Position numbers and translations under genes: made by a program | Assembly (NCBI RefSeq): GCF_000143415.4 | Contig: NW_003314267.1 | Coordinates: 2,893,839-2,957,838 of the forward strand | Direction: 5' to 3' | DNA from: Selaginella moellendorffii | Taxonomy: Eukaryota; Plantae; Lycopodiophyta | DNA length: 64,000 nucleotides | The notes under the pieces: generated by a model | Seen by the model: only the letters and a program-made list of their open reading frames with translations | Databases searched by the model: none | Told to the model about the DNA's origin: nothing | Shown here: piece after piece, positions 1 to 12,710 of the stretch | How positions within the stretch are numbered: position 1 is the stretch's first letter | Layout of the letters: each line of letters begins with the position of its first letter

Positions 1-1129
1 ACACATGGCCTTACGCGAGCCTTGTGGGTACTCTCCCCGCCTTCCGCCTTTGGGTGCTCTAGCCATGGGCTTAGAGCGAGGTTCCGTTGAGCCACACCTG
101 GTATCCAAGTAGGTAGTGCCACCCACACTTGGACTGGGAGCATTGGCCAATCGATCTCCCGGGGCAACTAGAGCCGGCTCTTGAACACTTCACCAAGCTA
201 CCCTGCTTGTCGGTTCGTGTTCACTCTAGTCTTGGACTTCCCAGTGGGCGGCTCATCACTCAACACTGGATATAGCTTTCCTGGGCCAAACTGGCCTTTC
301 CTAGCCAAACTAGCTCCACTGCAGTCCTCCCCCTTACTATACTTTTGGAGCTCACCAAACCCCCCAGGGTCTGGGAGACGAATGCTTTGGGCTTTCACCC
401 TCTCAGACTCGAACTCGGACTTGGACTCGGACTTGGACTCGGGCTCGGACTCGGGCTCGGACTTGGACTCGGACTCGGACTTGGGCTTGGGCTCGGTCTC
501 GGCCTTGGCCTCGGTCTCGATCTTGGTCCTGGTCTCGATCCTGATCTCGGTCTTGGTCTGGGTCCTGGTCTCGGTCTTGATCTCGGTCTCGATCTCGATC
601 TCGGTCCCAGTCTCGGTCCCAGTTCCGGTCTCGACATCAGACTCCATCTCGGATTCCATCTCAGGTCCATCTCAAACTCCATCTCGGACTCCATCTCAGG
701 TCCATCTCGGACTCCATCTCGGACTCCATCTCGGATCCATCTCGGACTCTTTCTCGGACTCCGTCTCGGTCCATCTCGGACTCCGTCTCAGTCCATCTCA
801 GACTCCATCTCGGACTCCACCTCGGACTCCAACTCGGGTCCATCTTGGACTCCATCTCGATCCATATCGGACTCCACCTCGGACTCCATCTCGGACTCCA
901 ACTCGGGTCCATCTCGAACTCCTCTTGTGTCCCTTTTTTAAAGACTCACTTATTGCTTGCTTCGTGCTTGTTATTTGAGCACTTTGTTGGGAGTTCCACT
1001 CCCGCTCTTGACCTTTCAAGTTAGAGCTTTTAGTCTAAACGTGTTATGCTTGTTTGGCTTTTGCTTCGGCCATTACCACGTGGCAGCCTTTCGGCTCCAC
1101 TTTGGGGCCTAAGGTTTTTGTGTCTCACA
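1..1129 (-). mobile_element. LTR of the array-bearing non-autonomous gypsy-derived family (truncated by window start), inserted into an older LTR of the same family
   Basis: Collinear with the LTRs at 5231 and 16685; ends ...TGTGTCTCACA at 1129; contains the tandem array ~405-920; followed directly by mid-LTR sequence of an older copy, with no PPT. Confidence 0.9.
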
Positions 1130-1502
1130 CCACCATTGGGTCCGGGCCGGAAGGCCCAGCCACTAAGTCCCATAGACATCTAAGACATCCTTATCACACG
1201 ACCGTATCCTTGATCTCTATACAAGAGGACTCCTCCTCTTCCTTTTCTCATTGGGACCTTGCGACAACATTTCAAAACATTGTGGCCCTATGCGAGCCTT
1301 ATGGGTACTCTCCCCACCTTCTGCCCTTGGGTGCCCTATCTATGTGGCTAGAGTGAAATTCTGATGAGCCACGCTAGGTATCTAAGTAGGTAGTGCTACC
1401 CACACTTGGATTGGGAACATTAACCATTAGATCTCTTGAGGGGGATAGAGCCGGCTTTTGAACACTTCATCAAGCTACCCCACTTGTCTATCCATATTCA
1501 AT

Positions 1503-2184
1503 TGTAGTGCATCTTATCTCTTTCCCTTTAAGCTAATTGAAATGTTGCCTTTAGTGGCTATTTTATCCCCATTTGTCCCCCAAAGTTCCAAGGATCCTTA
1601 TTTTTCCCCCAAGGTTTTAAAGATCCATAGTGACAGTATATTCAAATCTTATCCCATGATCATATGCACTACACTCACCCTCCCCTTTAGAGATGTCAAT
1701 GTCTTCATTGATTATTGACTAACAACCTTTACTGAGTGAAGGGAAGCCAACACCTCCATTTTCACACTGAATATACCAATCCTTCCATTGTGTAAACTAG
1801 CTAGTCAATGTGAGGCAACTAGTCATCCACCTGTACTGCAATCCCACGGTAGATACCTTCATCCGTGGATACTCTATAAGAGAAATGACGTACACATGGA
1901 TGCCCAATACATACAATTTCAAATTTTAGGGGTAGAAATATGCCTTGCTTAAGGGTATATTATCTTTTAAGTAACCACTAATCAATGGGAATCAAACCCA
2001 TGCCATTTGCTCTGATTCCACATGTAGCACACCTTATCTCTCTCCCCTTAACCCAACTGGAAAAGACACAATTGCTTAATAAGAGAGCCCTTAGTGGTTA
2101 TTTTATTCCTATTTATCCCCCAAAGTTCCAAGGATCCAAAGTGACAGTATATTTAAATTTCATCTCATAATCACATGTACTATA
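1503..2184 (-). mobile_element. TRIM (terminal-repeat retrotransposon in miniature), 682 bp
   Basis: Direct repeats 1503-1673 and 2023-2184; first repeat has a perfect 10-bp terminal inverted repeat TGTAGTGCAT...ATGCACTACA; PBS TGGAATCAGAGC (1 mismatch to tRNA-iMet) on minus at 2009-2020; PPT (rc of CTCACCCTCCCCTTT) at 1674-1688; TSD TCAAT/TCACT. Confidence 0.85.
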
Positions 2185-5100
2185 TCACTTTAGCCTTAGA
2201 CTCCTCAGTGATTATATCATCATCTAACACGTGGGTATAACCTTCCTTGGTCACACTAGCCTTTCCTGGCCAAACTAGCACCATTGGAGTCCTCCCCTAC
2301 TATTTTTTAGGAGGGGTCACTAAACGCTTTAGAGTTTGGGAGACGAACGCTTTGGGCTTTCACCCTAGGACTTAGGCTCGGACTTGGACTTGGACTCGGA
2401 CTTAGACTTGGTCTCGATCTCAGTCTCAGTCTCGGTCTTGGTCTCTTTCTCGGCCTCAACCTCAGACTCTATCTCAGATCCATCTCAAGCTTGACCTCGG
2501 CCTCCATCTCGGAACCATCTCAAACTCCATTTCGGACTCCATCTCAAGTCCTTTTTGGACTCCATCTTGGGTCCATCTCAAACTCCATCTTGGGTCCTTC
2601 TTGGACTCTATCTTAGGTCCATGTTAGACTCCATCTCAGGTCCATCTTGGACTCCATTTTGGACTCTATCTCGGGTTCATCTCGGTTCCATCTCGGGTCC
2701 ATATCAAACTCCATATTGGACTTCGTCTCGACACTTCCATATGTCATGTATTGGTCCTCTTGTGTCCCTTTTCTAAAGACTCATTTACTACTTGCTTTGT
2801 ACTTGTTTCTTGAGCACTTCGTTGGGAGTTCCACTCCCACTCTCAACTATCCAAGTCGAACCTTTTAGTCCTAACGTGTTATACTCATTTGACTTTTGCT
2901 TTGGCCACTACCATATGGCCACCTTTCAGCTCCACTTTGGGGATTAGGGATTTGTGCCTCATAACTCTACCACCCATAGACAAAGTTCGATGTCCTCATG
3001 AAATGATAAACCATTTTATAAAGTAATTGTATCATGGATTACCACTTTTCATCTTTGGCACCCAGCCAATATTCATTTATGGTTTGATATATGCCTTGCC
3101 CATCCTCTAAGGAGCATAGTCTCTCCAACTTAGAGACTCATTATACCTCTTATGGTGGTTCTCTCACTTTATTTGGTTTAGTTTTTGCTAAACTCGTAAA
3201 AAACACATTCTCTATCTCAATCACATTACTCATTCTTGAGTAGTCTCAACTTTTATTAACATAACTATTACACTTTAGAATTTTAATTTTGACTTCTCAA
3301 TTCAATTTCTTGGGTGTCTCTAACACTTTGCATTGCACCTAAAGTGCAAACTCCACTTCTCCATCCTAGGAAGCTCTTTATTTAAGAGCATCATCATCCT
3401 CTTTTCTATTTCATACCGCACTTGGCACTAAGTTCCATATATCCATAATTTTTGCTAAGGCTATCTATAGCCCTATCATTTGGCTACTTTGTTGATCCTT
3501 CCTTTGGAGTTTTCATTTTTACGAAATTGAAGCATTTAAAAATCTATCTTATTTCCTTCCAATGATTTTCATGGCCCATTTTTTGCTACAAATCTTTTGC
3601 TCCTATCCTTTAATTGTTGTACCAAACAATATACGATCACTACCTTTATCCTTGAGATATCCTTTCGGTTCCATAGCAAAGGTTTTGTTTTGCTGAGCCT
3701 AGGGGGTGTTTACCTCTAGTAAGTCTCTTTAGCATTTTTGCTTTGGGCTCTATCCACAGCCCAACTTTGTGACTCTCTTATGGGTCTTTCTTAGAGATTA
3801 CTCTCTTGGACTCACCATTTGACACAGCTCATTTCCCTTAGCTATGCTTCCCACTTGGTCACTTTGACCAATTCACACTATAATCAATAGTTCAAATTAA
3901 CATTTTGAACCAAGAACTTTATTCCTTAACCTAGCAAGGACTTTGTCCTTGTTTATCCATAAGATCACTTAGTGATCTCACCTTGAAACCTTAACAAGTT
4001 TGTTAATAGATACTAGGTTTTCCAAACCTTGAAGTTGTTGACTATGATTACAGGGGCATCCCCCACGCTTGGTGATGTGCCCAAGCTAGCCCTTCCAGCC
4101 AAGGGTCGATAACAACTAAGCCTAGGTGTCCCCATCTCATTCACCATGTCTTTAGTGCCATTTGCACCAAAGTGTTCAAGTTAGATATGCCAAGTTTTCA
4201 CGCTAAACAATTTAACCGTGCATCACGACTCCAAGGCATCCCCCACTTGGCAGTGTGCATAAGCTAGTCTCCTTACTAAAAGTCCATGACCACCGAAAAA
4301 TGAGTGTCCTCATATTCTAAACCATCACCACACCCTAGTGAGTTGGGACTCGAACCCAAGCACTAGAGAGTTGGGCCTTGAACTTAACCTCTATATATGT
4401 ATCTATGGGCAGCATCACTAAGGATGCCTAGCGTGACTCCCCACATTTGTACACCAACTTATACCAAAGTATGCTATGGATCACAACTTAAGAACCTAAT
4501 TCTTCCAAATTGCCAAATCCTCTTATTTAACAAGTCTATGATTATGCATGCACTCCTCTATGCTTGGCCCGATGGCCTACTCTTTTTGAAGTCAACACCT
4601 TCAACTAGGGTCTTTATTCACCCAACTTATTAGTCTCACTTAGCAAGTCCTTCCCTAACCTTGATAGCATTGCTTTATAGCAAGTTTCAAGACCATACTT
4701 CTACTGCACCACTTTGATTTTGTGCATTTTATGAACTATTTACACTTAGCTTTCTAAGTACTAACTTACCTAGAATTGTCTTTGGGAACTTTGAAGAGAT
4801 TTTGTCCTTTAGCTTATTAAGGTCTTTCCTTTTGCAAACCTTTTAATTGCTATATCGTCTAATATAGGCAATTCCATATTTTAGACCCTTCATGACATTA
4901 CGGTTGCTAATAGCAGCACCTTTAAGCACTCATTTGATTCTTCACTCCTAACTTGCATAACCACCCTTGATTATACCCTTCGCTTTCTATAGTTTGGTTC
5001 TATCCCTTTACTACTTACCTTTGGCATCACATGTTTCTTTCGGTTATTCTCCTCCATGTTAGAAGGATAGCTTTGCACTTTCTACTATGCGTTAGCAAAT

Positions 5101-5230
5101 ATCTTTAGGGTTGAATTTACCCAATAGTCTAAAGAATGGTTCTTCAATCTAGATATACTCATCTTGTAATCCCACACACGAGGATTAACGTTGTTACTTA
5201 TAGGCCTTTATATGCCCATCATTGGCCTTG

Positions 5231-6706
5231 TGTAAGCGACTAAATTTTCCATTCTACTTTAGTCACTTAACCACACCTCTGGCCACTTGGAGGAGTCTCA
5301 TTCACAACCTCCATAAGTCCAATCCAGGACTTGGGACTTGCTAGCCCCGAGAATGGCATCCATTCCACTCAACACTTGCACTTGGTCCAAGTGCTCCACG
5401 TGTCCGATCCCATGACCGACACTCAAAGGTACCACCGATATAGTAGCCCGTTACGCTAAGGCCATGCCCAATCACCTTTGCCACACTGGTAGTCCAACAC
5501 CACTTGCATCACCGTCTTGGCTCTCCAAGACTAGGCAAACCATCCGTGAGTGGTCATCTCAGATCCACTCCTTAGCATCCTTAGGATGCCCACCGACAAG
5601 GGAAATAGCCTTCCCCAATATCCCTCTGTCAGTCCCCACTAAGTCTCTTTCTGCCCCTGGCCGTGTTTGCCAACACTGCCACTGGATCGAGACCCACAGG
5701 CCCGACCACTAAGTCCCACGGTCCTCTGGGACTTCCTCACCACACAACTGTGTCCTTGGTCACTACCCCAGAGGACTGCTCCTCTTCCTTTCCACAGTCT
5801 GAGCCTTTGGGACAACATTTCGGAACACCGTGGCCTTATGCGAGCCACCTTGGTACTCTCCTCGCCTTCTGCCCTTGGGTGCTCTAGCCATGGGCTTAGA
5901 GCGGGTTCCGTTGAGCCACACCAGGTATCCAAGTAGGTAGTGCCACCCACACTTGGACTGGGAGCATCGGCCAGTCGATCTCCCGGGGGAACTAGAGCTG
6001 GCTCTTGAACACTTCACCAAGCTACCCCGCTTGTCGGTCTGTGTTCACTCTAGTCTTGGACTTCCCAGTGGGCAGCTCATCACCCAACACTGGGTCCGGC
6101 CTTCCTGGGCCAAACTGGCCTTTCCTGGCCAAACTGGCTCCACTGCAGTCCTCCCCCTACTATACTTTTGGAGCTCACCAAACCCCCCAGGGTCTGGGAG
6201 ACGAACGCTTTGGGCTTTCACCCTCTCAGGCTCCGGACTCGGACTCGGACTCGGACTCGGACTCGGACTCGGACTCGGACTCGGATTCGGACTCGGACTC
6301 GGCCTCGGCCTCGGTCTCGGTCTCGGTCCCGATCTCGGTCTCGGTCTCGGTCTCGGTCCCGGTCTCGGTCTCGACTTCGGACTCCATCTCGGACTCCATC
6401 TCGGGTCCATCTCGGGTCCATCTCGGACTCCATCTCGGACTCCATCTCGGGTCCATCTCAGACTCCATCTCGGACACTCCCATGTGTCATGTGTTGGTCC
6501 TTTTGGGTCCCTTTTTGGAGCCTCGCCTTTTGCTCGCTTTGTGCTCGTTCCTCGAGCACTTCATTGGGAGTTCCACTCCCGCTCTTGACTTTTCAAGTCG
6601 GAGCTTTTGGTCCAAACGTGTTACGCTCGTTTGGCTCTCGCTTCAGCCACTACCATGTGGCGCCCTTCCGGCTCCACTTTGGGGCCTAAGGATTTTGTGT
6701 CTCACA
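5231..6706 (-). mobile_element. Solo LTR (1476 bp) of the family with perfect 5-bp TSD
   Basis: TGTAAG...CTCACA termini; CCTTG at 5226-5230 and 6707-6711; the empty site (CTAGCCTTGCCAAA) is seen uninterrupted at ~21047-21060 in the other copy. Confidence 0.95.
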
Positions 6707-8622
6707 CCTTGCTAAAATCCTTTTTGGCTTCTTCTCTTATCTTTGCAACTTTAAACATTGGATAACACCTTTTATCCATTATTTATTAGGGACTTAGTCC
6801 TTTGGGCATTATCTAATGCCCTCATGATACCAAACACTACTTCCTGGTGTTTTAAAGTGTCTAGGTGTCTTAATAATGGCATTCTTTGACGTTGAGCATT
6901 TTCATTTAAAACATTGACTTACTATATTGTAATATAAATAATAAATCCCCCCAAGGGATATATCTAATTTTCTTATCCCAATAAGAAGTGTTGGGTAGTT
7001 AACTTTTACCAATCTAATAAATTATGTTGCATCTTTTACTTAGTTACTTTATAGTTGTTAAGTTCTACAACTCATTGCTAGTGCTTCCACACCTCTATGC
7101 CAAGAGGTCTATGCCAAGACCAGAGTAGTCATTTCTCATGCTAACTATCAGTTAGCATTGCATTATAGTGTTCATATGCAATTCTATGCTAAAATTGCTT
7201 TCTTTCAGAAACACTTTTTCCATGACTTTAGTATGGTTCATTCTGCCATCAATGAGATACCCATTGTTCTCATACTTGGATTTTATAATCCTCTTCGTCC
7301 TTTGTAAAGTACAACATATCTCAGTCCAAATGCTTCCACTAGTCCTTTAAAACCATTCTTTGACTTGACTCAAACCATTTAGCTTTTTGGATTTTGCTAA
7401 TTCGACGATCTGTAAGGTTTTAGCCTCTTGGCTATTTTTGAGGTGCCAATTCACTGGAATACAACTTCTTATATTCATGTCCTACTCACAAGGACCATCT
7501 TTGCAAATGTTACTCCGATACTTGATTATTTTCTGTTCCCTATAGGCTACATTTGCCCCTTAGGACTATCCATTCATATGAGAAAAATACCAACTCATCC
7601 TCTAAATACACCCCCAACTCCTTGGGTTTGTTTCAGCATTTATTAAAGGTAGCCCACCATTTCAAGAACTTGTGTCCTCCTTTGTATTTAACCTCCCATG
7701 GTCATTAATTCTGATCTCCAATTCGTGAGCACTAGCTTCAACTATATGAAAATAATTTTGTGATTCCTTTATTGTTTTGGAGTCTCTATCTTTTATGTGA
7801 TCCTAACTATAGGTTTTTACCAGAACTATATTAACTAGTTTGCTAAGTCAAATACTCATCTTGATCACATCCTCAATTTTCTAAGGAAAACTTTATACTA
7901 TTCCCAAGATCTTAAATTTGTTCCTTTATTGGCCCTTTTTCTATCCACCACATTGCCTATATGTTCACGTATAAACTAAAGTGGAGAGTCATGCCATTTT
8001 GACATGTTACTCCTCGATTATAGGCCCACTCTTGAGGTCTTCCAATGCCAATACAAGTGGTGATATACTTGACCATCAATAAAAATCAGACTAAGGAACA
8101 ATTCTAATACAAAATTGTAAGTAATTAAATTTTCCATTCTACTTTAGTCACTTAACTATACCTTCAACCATTTGAAAATGTCTTGCCTACAACCTCCATA
8201 AGTCTTATTCCTTACTTAGGGACTTATTAGCCCCATGAATAGCCTCTATGCCACTCTACCATAGCAGTTGGTCCAAGTGCTCCATATGCTTGATCCCACG
8301 ACAGACACTCAAAGGTACCATTGATACCTCTGCCTGTTACGCTAAGATCATGCCCATCCTACTTTGTCACATAGGTAGTCCAAAACCACTTACACCACAG
8401 TCCCATCTCACAAAGACTAGACCATTCATCCATGAGTGGTCATCCCATCAACACACTTTAGCATCCTTAAGAAGTCTAGAGAAATGAGGAAACACACTTT
8501 CCCAATATCCTTTCTTTAGTCCCTACCATGTCCCTCTCTGTCCCTAGTAGTGCTCGCCAACACCACCACTGAGTCTGGGCTTAAAGGCCCGACCACTAAG
8601 TCCCTTTGACATCTAGGACTTT

Positions 8623-11110
8623 TGTAAATGATTAAATTTTCTATTCTACTTTAGTCACTTAATCACACCTTTGACCATTTGGAGGAGTCTCACTTACAAC
8701 CTTCGTAAGTCCTATTTTGGACTTAGGGACTTGTTAGCCCCAAGAATGGCATCCATGCCACTCAACCATTGCACTTGGTTCGAGTGCTCCACATTTCTGA
8801 TCCCATGACCAACACCCCAAGGTACTATTGACATACCAGCCCATTACGCTAAGGCCATGTTCATTCACTTTTCCCGTCTCTCAAAGACTAGGCCATCCAT
8901 CCATGAGTGACCATCCTAGGTCCACTCCTTAGCATCCTTAAGATGTCTACAGACATGGGGAATAACTTTCCCTAATATCCCTTTTATGGTCCCCACCAAG
9001 TCCCTTTTCTGTTTATGGTCGTGTTCGCCAATACTACCACTAGGACAAGGCCCACAAGCCCAACCACTAAGTCCCACTGTCCTCTGGGACTTCCTCACCA
9101 CATGACCATATCATTGGTCACTACACTAGAGGACCATTCCTCTTGTTTTCCATAGTCTAGGACTTTGGGACAACATTTCAGAACATTGTGGCCCTACATG
9201 AGCCTCATGGGTACTCTCCTTGCTTTCCGCCTTTGGTGCTCTAGCCATGGGCTTAGAGCGAGGTTCTGTTAAGCCACACCAAGTATCCAAGTAGGTAGTG
9301 CCACCCACACTTGGACTAGAAACATTGGCCATTCGATCTCCCGGGGGAACTAGAGCAGGCTCTTGAACACTTCACCAAGCTACCCTACTTGTCGGTCCAT
9401 ATTCACTTTAGCTTTGGACTTCCCAGTGGTTATCCCATCACCCAACACCTAGGTATGGCCTTCTTGGGCCAAACTGGCCTTTCTTAGCCAAATTGGCTCC
9501 ACTGGAGTCCTCCCTCTTACTATACTTTTGGAGCTCACCAAATCCCCCAGGGTCTGGAAGACGAATGCTTTGGGCTTTCACCCTCAGACTCAAACTCAAA
9601 CTCGGACTCAAATTCAGACTCGGACTCGGACTTGGACTCAGACTCAGACTCAGTCTCGGCCTCGGCCTTGGTCTTGGTCTCGGTCCCGGTCTCGGTCTCA
9701 GTCTCGGTCCCGGCCCCAGTCTCGGTCTCAACCTTGGACTCCATCTCGGGTCCTCTCGGACTCCATCTCGGATTCCATCTCTGACTCCATCTCAGACTCC
9801 ATCTCAAGTCCATCTCGGACTCCATCTTAGGTTTATCTCAGTTCCATCTCAAGTCCATATTGGGCTCCATCTTGGACTCCATCTTGAGCTCCGTCTTGAC
9901 ACTTCCATATGTCATGTATTGGTCCTCTTGTATCCCTTTTTTAAAGACTCACTTACTACTTGCTTCATGCTTGTTCCTTGAGCACTTCATTCAGAGTTCC
10001 ACTCCTACTCTTGACTATCTAAGTCGGAGCTTTTAGCCCTAACATATTATACTTGTTTGGCTTCTGCTTCGGCTACTACCATGTGGCCACCTTTCGGCTC
10101 CACTTAAGGGCTTAGGGATTTGTGTCTTACAACTTCACCACCTATAAACAAAGTTTGATATTTTCATCAAATGATAAATTAACCCCATTATGGATTACTA
10201 ATATTCATCTATAGTTCAACACATGCCTTACCCATCCTCTAAGGAGCATAGTCTCTCCAACTTAGAGATTCATTATACCTCTTATGGTGGTTCTCTCACT
10301 TTATTTGGTTTAAATTCTTGTTAAACTTGTTAGAAACACCCTCTCTATCTCAATCCCACTATTCATTCCTGAGTAGTCTCAACTTTTCTTAATATAACTA
10401 TTGCACTTTAGAACTTTAATTTTGATTTCTCAAGTCAATTTCTTGGGTGTCTCTGACACCTTGCATTGCACCTAAAGTGCAAACTTTACTTCCCCATCCT
10501 AGAAAGTTCTTTATTTAAGGGCATCATTATCCTCTCTTCTATTTCATGTTGCACTTGGCACTAAATTCCATATATCTATAATTTTTGCTAAGGCTATCTA
10601 TAGCCCTATCATTTGGTTACCTTGCTGTTCCTTCCATTGGAGTTTTCATTTTTATGAAATTGAAGCATTTAAAAATCTATCCTTGGAAATATATTTCCTT
10701 CCAATGATTTTCATGGCCCATTTTTAGCCACTAGTCTTTTACTCTTATCCTTTAATTGTTGTACCAAACAATATACGATCACTACCTCCATCCTTGAGAT
10801 ATCCTTTTGGTTCTATAGCAAAAGTTTTGTTCTGCTGAGCTTAGGGGGTGTTTACCTCTAGTAAGTCTCTTTAGCATTTTTGCTTTGGGCTCTATCCACA
10901 GCCCAACTTTGTGACTCTCTTATGGGTCTTTCTTAGAAATTACTCTCTTGGACTCACTATTTGACACAGCTCATTTCCCTTAGCTATGCTTCCCACTTGG
11001 TCACTTTGACCAATTCACACTATAATCAATAGTTCAAATTAACATTTTGAACCAAGAACTTATTCCTTAACCTAGCAAGGACTTTGTCCTTGTTTAGCCA
11101 TAAGATCATT
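8623..11110 (-). mobile_element. Truncated family copy: 3' LTR (8623-10131), PPT and ~1 kb of internal region
   Basis: TGTAAATG start inside the previous LTR; ends TGTGTCTTACA at 10131 followed by ACTTCACCACCC (PPT); 10132-11110 matches 2964-3970. Confidence 0.85.
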
Positions 11111-11112
11111 TA

Positions 11113-11339
11113 TCCAAAATAAGACTTACAGAGGTTGTGAATGAGACTCCTTCAAGTGGTCGAAGGTGTGGTTAAGTGACTAAAGTAGAAAGGAAAATTT
11201 AGTTGCTTACAACTTAGTATTGAAGCTATTCCTTAGTCTGACTTTTATTGGTGTTTAAGTATATCACCACTTGTGTTGGCATCAGAAGGTCCTAGGAGTG
11301 GGCCTATTCTTAAGGAGTAGCAAGCCGAGAAGATATGGC
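11113..11339 (+). mobile_element. Opposite-orientation fragment: end of a 5' LTR (to 11211), degenerate PBS and start of internal region
   Basis: Reverse complement of ~22535-22760; ...GCTTACA at 11211 followed by ACTTAGTATTGAAGC (decayed TGGTATCAGAGC). Confidence 0.8.
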
Positions 11340-12710
11340 TATGAGACACAAATCCTTAAGCCCCAAAGTGGAGCCAAAAGGGTGCCACATGGTAGTGGCC
11401 AAAGTGAAAGCCAAACGAGCGTAACACATTTGGACTAAAAACTCTGACTTGAAAAGTCAAGAGCGGGAGTGGAACTCCCAACGAAGTGCTCGATGAACAA
11501 GCACGAAGTGAGCAATAAGTGAGTCTATAGAAAAGGGACACAAGAGGACCGAGATGGAGTCTGAGATGGACCAAGATGGAGTCTGAGATGGACCTGAGAA
11601 GGAGTCCAAGATGGACCCAAGATGGAGTTTGAGATGGACCGAGATGGAGTTCAAGATAGACCTAAGATGGAGTTCGAGATGGACCCGAGATGGAGTTCGA
11701 GATGGACCTGATATGGAGTTTGAGATGGATCCAAGATAGAGTCTAAAATGGACCCGTGATGGAGTCCGAGATGGACCCAAGATGGAGTTTGAGATGAACC
11801 AGAGATGGAGTCCAAGATGGACCCAAGATGGAGTCCAAGATGGACCGGAGATGGAGTCTGAGATAGACCAGAGATGGAGTTTGAGATGGACCCGAGATGG
11901 AGTTTGAGATGGAGTCCGAGATGGAATCCGAGATAGAGTCTGACAAGGACCCGAGATAGAGTCCGAGGTCGAGATCGAGACCAGGACCGGGACCGAGACC
12001 GAGACCGATACCAGGATCGAGACCGAGACCAATACCAAGATCGAGACCAAGACCGAGACCGGGACTGGGACCGGGACCGAGACCGAGACTGATACCAGGA
12101 TCGAGACCAAGACCGAGGCCGAATCCGAGTCTGAGTCTGAGTTCGAGTCCGAGGGTGAAAGCCCAAAGCGTTCGTCTCCCAGACCCTAAGGGGTTTGGTG
12201 AGCTCCAAGAGTAAGGGGGAGGACTCCAGTGGAGCCAATTTGGCTAGGAAAGGCCAGTTTGGCTCAGGAAGGCTGTACCCAGATGTTAGGTGATGGGATA
12301 ACCACTGGGAAGTCCAAGGCTAAAGTGAATATGGACCGACAAGTAGGGTAGCTTGGTGAAGTGTTCAAGAGCTGACTCTAGTTCCCCCGAGAGATCGAAT
12401 AGTCAATGCTCCCAGTCCAAGTGTGGGTGGCACTACCTACTTGGATACCTAGCGTGGCTCAACAGAACCTTGCTCTAAGCCCATGGCTAAAGCACCCAAA
12501 GGCGAAAGGCAGAGAGAGTACCCATGAGGCTCATATAGGGCCACAGTATTCTGAAATGTTGTCCTAAAGTCCATGGAAAACAAGAGGAATAGTTCTCTAG
12601 TATAGTGACCAATGATATGGTCATATGGTGAGGAAGTCCCAGAGAACAGTGGGACTTAGTGGTTGGGCCTGTGGGCATTGTCTCAATGGCAGTGTTGGCA
12701 AACACAGCCA
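11340..12710 (+). mobile_element. Truncated LTR of the family in plus orientation
   Basis: Starts TATGAGACACA (consensus TGTGAGACACA); GAGATGGAGTCC/CGAGAC arrays ~11550-12152; homology stops at ~12710. Confidence 0.88.

Larger units (their letters stand above)
1130..8622 (-). mobile_element. Older degenerate copy of the same family: remainder of 3' LTR (1130-2963), internal region (2964-8115), PBS-proximal part of 5' LTR (8116-8622); carries a nested TRIM and a nested solo LTR
   Basis: Interior is collinear with 18601-22663 with many C>T/G>A changes; PPT-like ACTCTACCACCCAT follows 2963; degenerate PBS (ATTCTAATACA) precedes TGTAAG at 8116. Confidence 0.85.

Noticed and set aside
1361-1400. 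CTGATGAG hammerhead core in the old LTR
   Set aside because: No downstream GAAA or stems; young copies read CCGTTGAG at this site.
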